From a bacterium (GTDB lineage Archaea > Thermoplasmatota > E2 > JACPAO01 > JAHFTW01), in NCBI GenBank assembly GCA_040390065.1, contig JAZJZE010000001.1:1-64000 (forward strand): a DNA stretch of 64,000 nucleotides, given 5' to 3'. The position numbers and the translations under genes are program-made. The notes below the pieces were generated by a model. The model ran no database searches. It was not told the origin of the DNA and was given only the letters and a program-made list of their open reading frames with translations. Each line of letters opens with the position of its first letter. Position 1 is the stretch's first letter. Of the stretch, positions 19,630 through 33,527 are shown piece by piece.

Positions 19630-19755
19630 ATGCGCATGACCTACGACGAGCACGCCGATGAAGCGTACCTCTACCTGGACGAATTTGGGAAGATTGTAGA
19701 CGGCGACAGCATCGTGGTCGACCACGGAGGACTTTGCGGGCGAACAATAGAGCTC
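19630..19755 (+). pseudogene. DUF2283-like N-terminal fragment
   Basis: MRMTYDEHADEAYLYL resembles the DUF2283 start; similarity is lost after about 40 codons. Confidence 0.5.
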
Positions 19756-19799
19756 CAACGACACGAGCCTTTTTTCCCGGCCCACGGCCTCGCCCCGTC

Positions 19800-20096
19800 G
19801 TGCCCGGCAAGTCCCGCGAAGAGAAATTCCTCCAGCAAGCCGCCAAGGGCACCGGCTTCTGGCGGCGCTCGCGCTTCCTTGCCCTCGGCCTTGCTGGCCT
19901 GCTCACGGCCGGTGCCCTGTTCGAGCTCTGGCGGGCGTGGACCGTGCCGGCGCACGACGCCATGACGGACGTGCTGGGCTTGTTTTCCCTGTTGGGCATC
20001 GGCATCGCAGCCGGGATGTGGCACGTCCACGCGGAGATGATGGAGGGCGCCGCCGCTTTCCTCGAACGCGAGGCGGCGTCGGCGTCGAAGCCGTAG
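19800..20096 (+). CDS. Small two-TM hypothetical protein
   Basis: Two hydrophobic helices; GTG start after a T-rich box. Confidence 0.55.
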   Translation: MPGKSREEKFLQQAAKGTGFWRRSRFLALGLAGLLTAGALFELWRAWTVPAHDAMTDVLGLFSLLGIGIAAGMWHVHAEMMEGAAAFLEREAASASKP

Positions 20097-21278
20097 CTAG
20101 GGGCTCGCCGGCGGCGCCGTATCCGGATCCGCTTCCCCGGCTGCGGCCTGGAACTCCATCTCGTCCACGAGGTTCACTTCGGGGTCGAGGTAGTCGGACT
20201 CGTAGACCTTGAGGACCGCGATGGTGACGCCCATGAGCAGTGGGCCGAGGAACAAGCCGATGAAGCCGAAGGCGGTCGCTCCCCCGAGAACGCCCACGAG
20301 CACGAACATCGGGTGGATGTCGGCGCGCTTGCCGATGAGTTTCGGCTTCACGAGATTGTCCATCATCACCATGACGATGAAGAAGCCGTACACCAGCAAG
20401 AATACCCCATGCGGCAAGTCGTTCTTGACGAAGATGAGGTACAAGCCGCCAGGGCCCCAGATGAAGTTCGTGCCGACGACGGGCAGAAGCGCCATGATGG
20501 CCATGACGAAGCCCCACAGCACGGCGTTGGGCAGGCCGGCAAAGTACCAGCCGATGCCGCCGAGGACGCCTTGCATGAGGCCGGCTAGAATCTGGCCGAA
20601 GAACACCGCCTGCAGCCCACCACGGGCTTCCTTCAACAAGAAGTCCACCTGCCGGGCCGGGATCGGCAACGCTCGCCGCAGGTACGCGACGAACGCTTCC
20701 CCGTCCGTGAGGACATAGTAGACCACCACCAGAATCACGGAAATGCCAACGAAGAGGTCGGGAATTGCGGCAAGCAGCCCTGAACCTATATTCTGGAGTT
20801 CGTCCACCACCCAATTCTGCGCCGCGTGCGCTTGTTCTGCGACGTAGGCGTGCCGCGCCGTGAGGTTGGCGTCGGGGTGGAACCAGGCGACGAGCTTGTC
20901 CACCCAAGGCTTCTGCACGGTGCCGTTGATCATCTGCTCGATCTCGCCGTGCTGCACGGCGTTGGCGAGCTTCGTGACGTCGTTGGCCATGGAGATGCCA
21001 AGGAGGATGAGCGGCACCGTCAGGATGAGCAGGAGCGTCATCATGGTGAAGCCGGCGGCGACGCGGTTGCGGAAAAAGCGCTCCCAGAACTTGTCGATGG
21101 GCAAGGCAAGGACGGCGACGAAGACGCCCGTCATGATGTAGATGATGAAATTGCGGAAGATGAGCCACGTCAGGAACAAGAACAGTCCCATGATGAGGAA
21201 GAAGAACACCTGGCTCTGCTTGGGCAGCATGCGGCGCCGGGCGGGTCGTGCGTCGCCCTGGGTCGGCGGCAGTGCCAT
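20097..21278 (-). CDS. AI-2E (PerM) family transporter
   Basis: DNLVKPKLIG, HPMFVLVGVLGG, FGFIGLFLGP. Confidence 0.9.
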   Translation of the reverse strand: MALPPTQGDARPARRRMLPKQSQVFFFLIMGLFLFLTWLIFRNFIIYIMTGVFVAVLALPIDKFWERFFRNRVAAGFTMMTLLLILTVPLILLGISMANDVTKLANAVQHGEIEQMINGTVQKPWVDKLVAWFHPDANLTARHAYVAEQAHAAQNWVVDELQNIGSGLLAAIPDLFVGISVILVVVYYVLTDGEAFVAYLRRALPIPARQVDFLLKEARGGLQAVFFGQILAGLMQGVLGGIGWYFAGLPNAVLWGFVMAIMALLPVVGTNFIWGPGGLYLIFVKNDLPHGVFLLVYGFFIVMVMMDNLVKPKLIGKRADIHPMFVLVGVLGGATAFGFIGLFLGPLLMGVTIAVLKVYESDYLDPEVNLVDEMEFQAAAGEADPDTAPPASP

Positions 21279-21338
21279 CACGCGCGCCAACGAGGTCCAG
21301 AATCTAAGGCTTCGCGGAGCGTTCGGGGGCGGCTTGGC

Positions 21339-21923
21339 TCAGCGCTTGGCCGCTTCTTCGCAGATCCGGACGAAGTTGCCGATCATCTGCACGCCGGCTT
21401 GCGTGTGCTCCACTTCGGGGTGGAAGGACATGCCAAAGAGCGGCTTCGAGTTGTGGCGCATCACCTGGACGGGGCATTTCTCGGAGCGTGCCAGGATCTT
21501 GAAGTCCGGCGGCAGGCGCGACACCTCGTCGTGGTGGCTGGCCCAAACGACCGTCTTCTTGGGCACGTTGCGCAGGATGTCGTCCTCTTCCAGGACTTCC
21601 ATCTCGACCATGCCGAATTCAGCGCCTTCCTTGCCGGGCGCCGCCTCGCCGCCGAAGTGCCGCGCCATGAACTGGTGGCCGGCGCACACGCCAAGGAACG
21701 GGACCTTGAGCTTGTCGAGGTAGGTTCCGACTTCGCCCAACTTGCCGTCGAGTCCGATGCGCGCAGCGCCGCCGGAGAGCATGATGCCGTCGACGTTGGC
21801 GGCTTCGAGCTCGGTCACGGGCGTGGTGTTCTCGACAATCTGGGTGTCCTGCTTGAGGTAGCGAAGGACGCGCCACTCGCGGTGGGTCCACTGGCTGCCG
21901 TTGTTGACCACCCAGATTCGCAT
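21339..21923 (-). CDS. guaAA: GMP synthase glutamine amidotransferase subunit A
   Basis: QWTHREWRVLRYL, GVCAGHQ, SHHDEV, FHPEV. Confidence 0.93.
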   Translation of the reverse strand: MRIWVVNNGSQWTHREWRVLRYLKQDTQIVENTTPVTELEAANVDGIMLSGGAARIGLDGKLGEVGTYLDKLKVPFLGVCAGHQFMARHFGGEAAPGKEGAEFGMVEMEVLEEDDILRNVPKKTVVWASHHDEVSRLPPDFKILARSEKCPVQVMRHNSKPLFGMSFHPEVEHTQAGVQMIGNFVRICEEAAKR

Positions 21924-21986
21924 GGATGCGGGAGGAAGGGAGCCCAGAAAAAAGGAGGGGTTCGCCTCCGGCAGGAAAGGAATGAG

Positions 21987-22228
21987 GGTCGCCGCTGCCC
22001 AGTCTCGTAACGCGGCCCTTCATCCCGACCTGCAAACAGGTCGATCATTTGGGCAGCGGGGTCTTGCGACCCCGCGGACCGGCGGGGGGCTCTGCCCCCC
22101 GCCCTTTTCCCCCCGCCGGGGGGCTGCCGCCCCCCTGGCCCCCCTGCAGGGCTGCCGCTCGGTCCCGTATCAGGGTACGGAGGGGAAATGGTCGCCGCTG
22201 CCCAGTCTCGTAACGCGGCCCTTCATCC
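21987..22228. repeat. Perfect 39-bp direct repeat (21987-22025 and 22190-22228) flanking a 164-bp stack of GC hairpins
   Basis: ggtcgccgctgcccagtctcgtaacgcggcccttcatcc occurs twice. Confidence 0.95.
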
Positions 22229-22549
22229 AATCCCGATGACGGGACAGTCGGACCCTTGACCCGAAACTGGCAAACCGGGTCCCGAAGCCGTCCTCCGAAG
22301 AGGCAGCAGAGGCGACGGGCCGGCGGCCTTGTGGCGTGTTCGCGGCGTTGTCTGGAACGAGGTTGTCTCCCCCTCACGGCATGACGACGCGCCAGAGGCT
22401 CGGGGGAGGGCCGCCCCAAAAGAGGGGCATCGCACCAGGTTTCCGGCCGAAGCCGGGATGGGCCGAAGCCCTGTTGCCCAACCTTTGCGCACCCCGTCAC
22501 AGACCGCCGAAGCGGACTAAGGGGTGCCTTCGGGTCGGGCAAGTTCTCC
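22190..22549 (-). ncRNA. Candidate large structured ncRNA of unknown family
   Basis: At least four C(UUCG)G-capped stems on the minus strand, long-range helices, no credible ORF, TATA-like box near 22570. Confidence 0.6.
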
Positions 22550-22600
22550 TACGGACCCCTCCTCCTTATCCTTTATTGCCCGGGGTGGGCGTCTGCCGGT

Positions 22601-22927
22601 GTGGCCGACTGGAAGGACGCGGTCCAGGAGGCACCAGGAGGCGTGCGGCTGCTGCTCGAAGTGACCGCCGGCGCCAAGGAGATGCGTTTCCCTGACGGCT
22701 TCAACCCGTGGCGCGACGGGCGCATCGGCATCCGGGTGCGTGCCCCCGCCCAGGAGGGCCGCGCCAACGAGGACGTCATTCGCGTGCTGGCCGCGTTCTT
22801 CGGGCACCCGACGGCGCGCATCCACATCGAGGCCGGGCAAAGCGATTCGCGCAAGAGCGTCCGACTGATGGGGATCGACCGCGCAGAGGCCGTGGCCGGA
22901 CTTTCATCCTTCATGGTGGAAAAATGA
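22601..22927 (+). CDS. DUF167 (YggU/UPF0235) protein
   Basis: VRAPAQEGRANE...GQSDSRK; probably leaderless, TATA-like ctttattg at 22571. Confidence 0.85.
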   Translation: MADWKDAVQEAPGGVRLLLEVTAGAKEMRFPDGFNPWRDGRIGIRVRAPAQEGRANEDVIRVLAAFFGHPTARIHIEAGQSDSRKSVRLMGIDRAEAVAGLSSFMVEK

Positions 22928-23346
22928 GGCGGCGCGGTTGGATCCGTTCGGGCGGCGGCGGGGTCGATGGCACGCGCCTGGAACGCCTTGAGTCCGCCGT
23001 CGACCAACTGCGCGAGGCCGCCGAATACGGCACGGTCGTCGTGGAGGGTGCCCGCGATCTCGCCGCCCTTGAGTGGATGGGCGTCGGCGGCTTGCACTAC
23101 GTCATCAACCAAGGGCGGCCCTTCGATGCCATCCTGGAAGATTTGGCCCAAAGTCCGGCCCCCGTGGTCCTCCTGGTGGATTGGGACCGCACGGGGGGTC
23201 GCCTGCTGAAGCGGCTAGAGGACAACCTGAAGGCGCGCGTCGCCGTGGATGTCCTGTGCCGGCGGCGGCTGGCGGTCGTCTGCCAGACCCGATGCCTCGA
23301 GGAAGTCCCGGCAGAACTGTCTGCCCTTCGAGGACAGGCCCGCTAG
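22924..23346 (+). CDS. Small TOPRIM-domain protein
   Basis: VVVEG.RD...L and LLVDWDRTG motifs. Confidence 0.85.
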   Translation: MRRRGWIRSGGGGVDGTRLERLESAVDQLREAAEYGTVVVEGARDLAALEWMGVGGLHYVINQGRPFDAILEDLAQSPAPVVLLVDWDRTGGRLLKRLEDNLKARVAVDVLCRRRLAVVCQTRCLEEVPAELSALRGQAR

Positions 23347-23981
23347 CCCCGGGTCGGAAGCTTCTTTGCGCGAAGCCCGCAATCAAGGGGGCAGCGAACA
23401 AGGAGGGGCCGGATTGGCCGGCCCAATCGCGATGCCGAGGCGCCGAGCTTCTCCTGGAAGCCTCCTGGAAACTGGCCCCCCGAAGCACTCAAATAGGGGA
23501 CGTGTGTCGCCGGCTCCTACCCAGCACGCCGATATGGTGGCTGGGACACCGAGTCGCCCCGAAAGGGGGTCTGGCGCTCAGGTGGATAGCGCAATTTCCT
23601 GAGGAGCGCCTTCGGCGCTTCGAAGAGGGCAATGCGTAAATATGGGACCGGCTTCGGCCGAGTCTACCCTGGGGCACTCGAAGGTGCCCCATGCCAGGAA
23701 ACGCATCGCGTTTCCCGGTGATCAGCCCCGCGACGCAAGCCGCGTCATGGGGCCACAAACCACGCCTTTCGTTGGGCGCACAAGTGGGCCGAAAATGGCC
23801 CGTCGATGAGTGCGGCCATCCAGGGCATGGCACAAATTCCATGAGGGCCTTGAAACCCGACAAGTCCCCGCCGAGCATTTGGCGGACGACCTCTGACGTG
23901 ACCTCAACGGCCTGATGCACGAGACAGCAAGTTGGACGAAGGCACACGCGCCTTCGTCCATTAGGTGAACCGATCCGGGCG

Positions 23982-23988
23982 TGTGATA
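23982..23988 (+). other. Bulge-helix-bulge pre-16S processing motif (partner at 25602-25608)
   Basis: tgtg-ata pairs with caca-taa within a long inverted repeat flanking 16S. Confidence 0.85.
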
Positions 23989-24066
23989 CCCGGTCGGTCC
24001 GCTGATTCCTATCGGATGATGCAGAACATGTGCATCATCCATCAACATGACCGTGTTGGTGGATCA

Positions 24067-25536
<1,470 letters not shown>

Positions 25537-25699
25537 ATATCATTCATCATTCGTTAGGCAACGTCGGTGCATTTCGGTGCATCGACCGCGGGCCGCCCGG
25601 GCACATAACGCTCGGATCTTGGTTCACCAGTCTGTCTCGTGCGTGCGGATCCAGCCGACGCGGGTCCATGGACGCAGTCGTCATGACTCGCGCCCCCAT

Positions 25700-25772
25700 G
25701 GGCTCGTATCTCAGCTGGTAGAGAGCCCGCTTTGCAAGCGGGAGGCCTCGGGTTCAAATCCCGACGAGTCCA
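25700..25772 (+). tRNA. tRNA-Ala(TGC), CCA not encoded
   Basis: Cloverleaf with G3:U70 pair, anticodon arm cccgc-tttgcaa-gcggg, T loop ttcaaat. Confidence 0.95.
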
Positions 25773-26015
25773 CTCTCGTCCAAAGGGACCATCGGTCTCT
25801 TCGGGCGAGGGAACCTGGACCTCGAAACAGGTCCGCAACAAATCTGCAACCGATCGAACACGATCGGATGCGGGAACGCCTAGGCTACCCGACAATCGAC
25901 AACCCGGGGAAAGGCCTGCCCAGTGGCAGGAGTGCCGATGATGGCGGTCAGTGATAGGGTCGCATGGGGCGCAAGCCTCGAGCGACTTCCATTTCATTGA
26001 CGTGCATACGCAGCC

Positions 26016-26022
26016 TGGACAA
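26016..26022 (+). other. Bulge-helix-bulge pre-23S processing motif (partner at 29004-29010)
   Basis: tgga-caa pairs with tcca-aaa within a long inverted repeat flanking 23S. Confidence 0.85.
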
Positions 26023-26074
26023 AGCAGAAAGTCGAAGTCAAATTCGCTGAGTGTGAATGAAACTTCAGTAGTGT

Positions 26075-28950
<2,876 letters not shown>

Positions 28951-29076
28951 CACTGTTGAATGCCGATTTCACGCGCAAGCGTATTTGATTTCGGCTTTCT
29001 GCTTCCAAAAGGCTGCGTATGCATCGCATGCTGTCGAGGGCCGTAAGGCTCGCGACGGTGTGTTCACACTTGTGGT

Positions 29077-29193
<117 letters not shown>

Positions 29194-29339
29194 CCACTTC
29201 CCTTCCTTGTCTGCGCAAGCAGGCGGGGGAGGTTGGGGCGTCACGCTTCGGCGCGGCGTCCCTTTGATTCGCTCCAGGCTGCGTCCGCGCGCTTGGATTC
29301 CTGGCCCTTTCGGCCTTTCGCTTCCTCCAGATTCTGGAG

Positions 29340-32300
29340 ATGACCATGGCGGTCGCGCGCTTCTGCCCTCACGGCAATCTTCGCATTTCCTGCGCCCTGT
29401 GCCGCGTGGACGCCGTGCAGGAGGCCGAGTCGCGGGCGGCCGCGAATCGGGCTCGCGGCGAGTCGGGCCAGATGGCGCCCGTCGTCGGTACCGATCTCGT
29501 GTATCCCTGGCAGCGCTCCGCTTTCGAGAACTGGCTGGCCGGCGGTCGTGCGGGCCTGGTGGCGTTGTCGCTTGGGCTGCCGCTGGGGGACCTTCCGTAC
29601 GCCGTGATTGGCGAGGTCGTGAACTCGAACGGCTCGGCCAACGTGTTGGTGGCGTGCGGCCGCGGCGAAGCAGACGACGTGCGGGCAACACTTGCGACGC
29701 GCTTTGGGCAGAAGCCGGCGACGTTGATGGACCACCATTTCCTCGAGCCGCGAAACGATGGGACCTTGGTCGTCGCGGACTTGCAGGAACTCGAGACGAT
29801 TGACTTGTCCTCGTGGGGCCGCTTTGCTTCCAACGGCGTGCTGCTGCTGCTCGATGCCGACGGCGTCGGCCAGGCGCTTGGGGAATTGCTTCTGAACACG
29901 CCGTTTCGCCACCGTTTTTCGTTGTCGAGGCAGCCGTCCGCCATCGACCTTCTGTCGACGCGGCCCTGGGCGCGAGCCTTCGGTCCCCTTCTGTACCGCA
30001 GCACGGAGGACCAGGCGCGTGACTGGGGCATCCTTCCTCGCATCCAGTACCGGCTGCACGTCGAGATGCTGAAGCCGGAGCCGGGCGCCGTGGCCAGTCG
30101 CGACATCCGGGCCGAGGGCCCGTGGGAGCCGACGGACATCCCGACTCGCGTGCCAACCGTCGAGGCAGGTCCGTTCTTCCGGAGCCGCGCCCGCGACGTC
30201 GCAAGCCGCCGCGCCAAGGAGCAGGCCGGCCTCGTCGTCCTGTCGGAAGGTGTCCCCGTGCCGGGGGCCGCTGCGACGATGCGACTGGCCGATCTGCAGG
30301 ACAAACATGCCGGTGACGCGCCTTCCGGTTGGCTCCTTGCGACGCCGAACGCCGACGCGAAGGCGATTCTGCGCCTTGCCACGGTGGCCTTCAAGACGCT
30401 CGGCAAGCCCGGTGCCGTCGAGGATGCGGTGGTCTTGCCGGTCCCCGTGGACTTGTGCCGCGTGCCGCCGTGGAGCGACAAGTGGCGCTTGGCCGCGACA
30501 CAGATCGACCGCGTCGTGGCCGGGCTGCTTCTTGCGGAGGAGCCGGGCAAGGCCATGCTCGCCGAGGACCTCGAATCGCTCGTCGGCGTCGCCCTTGCCC
30601 TGCGCGGCATCCCGGCGGACGAGCTTTACAAGTTGACGCCGATCGTCTCCGAGGCCGCCCACATGGCCCATGGCGGCGAGTCGATTCCGCCGGCTCGGGT
30701 CCGCCAGGCTGCGCGCGCCGTCGGCGGACTTGCCGCCTCGCTTCTGGTCGCCGCCGAATCGGGGCCGCTGCACCTTCTGCGCCTCGCACATCCGCGCTTT
30801 ACGCCCGTCGTGCCTGACCTGCCGCATCCGAGCCTGTACGACGCGCGCCGTCACGCGTGGCGCGGCCGTGCCTTTGCCGCCCTTGCAAACGCAGTCAAGT
30901 CGGACTTGGTCACGGCGTGGGGCCGCTACCCCGAGTTGCGCTTCGTCTTCCCAAGTTCAGCCCTGCTCGAGGCAGCCACTGCGTACTGCGCCAAGCACAA
31001 ACTCAAGGGGCCGCTCGACGACGCAAAACTCAGCAAGATTGCGGACAAGACGCGCATCGCGGCCGGCAATCGGGTCGCCGCCAGTGCCGTCCTGTCGGAG
31101 TGGAACCAGGCCCTTGGCCTTGCCGAAGGCCACGAACGCGACTTCCTCGCGGACATGCATGCCCGCCAGCCGGAGCGCGAGCGCCGCCGCGAGGGCGTTG
31201 CGCTGCCCAACCTGTCTGTCGCGGAGCGCGGTGCTGACAGCATGACTCTGGAGGCCAACGAAGGCCGCTTGCCCATCACCAACATCGCGCCTGGTTCCGA
31301 GGTCGCAATCGTCGAAGCGGGACAACGCGATGAACTGGCCCGCGGTCTTGTGTCGCGCATCAGTTCCCGCCGCGTCACGATCGAGTTCGCCGGGGGCGCG
31401 CCGCGCCACAACCTGCCGCGCAGCCTCACCGTCAACCTGGTCTTCGATGCCAAGGTGTTCGAGGCGTACCACTCCGCCGCCTTGGGCGCCGTGCGGGCGC
31501 TCGCTGCCACGCAACCTGCCGATGACGGGCCCGACGGCCTGCTGCGCGCTGCGCTGCTTGGAGAGACGGACCCGCCGGCCGCCATCAAGCAGGGCCTCGA
31601 AGGGGACGAGCAGTTGACGCCGAGCCAGCGCGCCGCCATCGATTCCGTCCTGTCCGGTGGCCGGGTGCGCCTCATCCACGGTCCGCCGGGGACGGGGAAG
31701 ACGCACACACTGGTCCACCTCGCCATGGCCCTTGCCAAGGCGGGCCATTCGGTCCTGTGCACGGCGGACTCGAACGCTGCCGTCGACAACTTGGTGGTCG
31801 GGCTACGCCGCAACGGCTTCCTCGTCGTGCGCATCGGCCATGCCCCGAACCTGCGCGACGAAGCCGCCGAGCCGGCCCGCATCGACCCGATGGAGGCGCC
31901 GCTTTTCGTCCGCTGGGCCGCGGAGCAGGGAATCATCGTCGTCACCACGAACTACGGCGCGTTCCGCTACATCGATCCCAAGGGCGGCATGACGCCATTC
32001 ATCTTCGACTACGTCATCCATGACGAAGCCGGGCAGGCCACCGCGCCGTCGTCACTCTGCGCCGTGCTGCGTGGCCGCCGCCTGGTGCTGGCAGGCGACC
32101 CGAAGCAGCTGCCTCCGACAGTCGTCTCCATCGACGCCAAGGAAGCGGGGTTGGACGTCACGCTGTTCGAGCGCATCGAGGAGCTCACCGGCAAGGACCG
32201 GACCGTCATGCTGCAGACGCAGTTCCGCATGCGCGAGCCCATCGTGGCGTTCAGCAACAAGCGCTACTACGAGGGCCTCATCCAGACCGACCCGGCCGCA

Positions 32301-33527
32301 GCCGCGCAGGACGGTTTGCCCGACATGCCGGCGTCGGCGTTCCAGCACGTGACCGGACGCGAGAACGAACGGCAACGCAACGGCTCCATCTCCAACGACT
32401 ACGAGGTCGAGGCGGTCGCCGCCCTCGTCGAACGCTTCCGTCCCGAATGCCGCGAAAAGGGTTGGACGCTCGCGGTCCTGACGCCATACCAGGCGCAGCG
32501 CGAAGCGATGCGGCGTCGCTTGCCGGACATCGAGGTCTCGACGGTCGACGGTGCGCAGGGCCGCGAGTGGGATGTCGTCCTGTATTCGACCGTGCGCTCT
32601 AATCCGCAGCACCGCCTCGGCTTCCTCGAGGATGAGCGCCGCCTCAACGTCGCCGCCACGCGGGCGCGTCGCAACTTCGTTCTCGTGGGCGACGAACGCA
32701 CGTTGCACGACAACCCCGCCTTCGCGGAGCTCCTCGCCGTCACGGAGAAAGTGCGTTTCCACTACCCGGACCCGCGACCGCAACCGCGCGGCTTCGAGCG
32801 CCGCGACGGCCGACGCGGCGGCTGGGAGGGCGACCGTGGCCATGGCCGCAGCGACCGCGGGCGCGGACCGCCGGCGCGCGGGCCACCCTCGCAGCCACGG
32901 CCGCAAGCCCCGCTGCGTCACCCTGGCGTCGTGGACCCCAACCGGCCACCGCCGCGCGAGCCCCAAGCCCCACGGCCGCCCGTCGAGCCTCGCCCCAGGA
33001 TGCCCGACATCTTCCTGAGCGGCGGCCGCCGGCGTGGGCGACGCGGCCGAGGTGATCCCGAGCAGTTCGAGGTCAAGGAAATCCCGATCATCGATCCGTT
33101 TGCGGCGCCGCGACCAGAAAGGCGCAAGTTCGTCGCCGGCCAGGATGCGCCCGTGGACGTCGCGCCGTCGGCGCAAGCGGAGTCGGCGCAATCCAAGCCC
33201 GCGCAGGGCAAGCGTGCGCCGCCGTCGCCCGAGGGTTCGGCAATGCGCGACGAGTCGCCGCGCGCGGTGCGCCCCCGGAACGCCGCAGGGAAGGCTGCCG
33301 TCCAAGTCGCCCGCCCGGCCGAGGCGTCTCCCGCGCCGGAGCCGGCGACGCCGGCCGCCGTGAAGTCGAAGGCGACGAAGGCCAAGGCCGCAACGAAGCC
33401 CAAAGTCGCAAAGGTGGCCAAGGCGAAGCCGGCGAAGGCGTCCAAGACGGCGAAGGCCGCGAGCACGGACAAGCCCGCCAAGCCCGCCAAGGCGGCCAAG
33501 CCGGCCAAGAAGTCGAAGAAGACCTGA
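29340..33527 (+). CDS. Upf1/Dna2-like SF1 helicase with a degenerate SF2-like N-terminal domain and low-complexity tail
   Basis: GPPGTGKT, SNAAVD, DEAGQ, GDPKQLPP, QFRM, TPYQAQ, TVDGAQGRE, RRLNVA. Confidence 0.9.
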   Translation: MTMAVARFCPHGNLRISCALCRVDAVQEAESRAAANRARGESGQMAPVVGTDLVYPWQRSAFENWLAGGRAGLVALSLGLPLGDLPYAVIGEVVNSNGSANVLVACGRGEADDVRATLATRFGQKPATLMDHHFLEPRNDGTLVVADLQELETIDLSSWGRFASNGVLLLLDADGVGQALGELLLNTPFRHRFSLSRQPSAIDLLSTRPWARAFGPLLYRSTEDQARDWGILPRIQYRLHVEMLKPEPGAVASRDIRAEGPWEPTDIPTRVPTVEAGPFFRSRARDVASRRAKEQAGLVVLSEGVPVPGAAATMRLADLQDKHAGDAPSGWLLATPNADAKAILRLATVAFKTLGKPGAVEDAVVLPVPVDLCRVPPWSDKWRLAATQIDRVVAGLLLAEEPGKAMLAEDLESLVGVALALRGIPADELYKLTPIVSEAAHMAHGGESIPPARVRQAARAVGGLAASLLVAAESGPLHLLRLAHPRFTPVVPDLPHPSLYDARRHAWRGRAFAALANAVKSDLVTAWGRYPELRFVFPSSALLEAATAYCAKHKLKGPLDDAKLSKIADKTRIAAGNRVAASAVLSEWNQALGLAEGHERDFLADMHARQPERERRREGVALPNLSVAERGADSMTLEANEGRLPITNIAPGSEVAIVEAGQRDELARGLVSRISSRRVTIEFAGGAPRHNLPRSLTVNLVFDAKVFEAYHSAALGAVRALAATQPADDGPDGLLRAALLGETDPPAAIKQGLEGDEQLTPSQRAAIDSVLSGGRVRLIHGPPGTGKTHTLVHLAMALAKAGHSVLCTADSNAAVDNLVVGLRRNGFLVVRIGHAPNLRDEAAEPARIDPMEAPLFVRWAAEQGIIVVTTNYGAFRYIDPKGGMTPFIFDYVIHDEAGQATAPSSLCAVLRGRRLVLAGDPKQLPPTVVSIDAKEAGLDVTLFERIEELTGKDRTVMLQTQFRMREPIVAFSNKRYYEGLIQTDPAAAAQDGLPDMPASAFQHVTGRENERQRNGSISNDYEVEAVAALVERFRPECREKGWTLAVLTPYQAQREAMRRRLPDIEVSTVDGAQGREWDVVLYSTVRSNPQHRLGFLEDERRLNVAATRARRNFVLVGDERTLHDNPAFAELLAVTEKVRFHYPDPRPQPRGFERRDGRRGGWEGDRGHGRSDRGRGPPARGPPSQPRPQAPLRHPGVVDPNRPPPREPQAPRPPVEPRPRMPDIFLSGGRRRGRRGRGDPEQFEVKEIPIIDPFAAPRPERRKFVAGQDAPVDVAPSAQAESAQSKPAQGKRAPPSPEGSAMRDESPRAVRPRNAAGKAAVQVARPAEASPAPEPATPAAVKSKATKAKAATKPKVAKVAKAKPAKASKTAKAASTDKPAKPAKAAKPAKKSKKT

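Noticed and set aside
22190-22549. Assignment as SRP RNA, RNase P RNA or group I/II intron
   Set aside because: Size fits, but the SRP helix-8 CAGG..GNRA..AGCA motif, RNase P GAGGAAnnUC and ACAGAAnnnGGCUUA motifs, and intron domain V/P7 motifs were not found by eye on either strand
23350-24066. Separate ncRNA or ORFs upstream of 16S
   Set aside because: Explained as the rRNA promoter region and 5' external spacer (TATA-like boxes near 23490 and 23637, processing stem)
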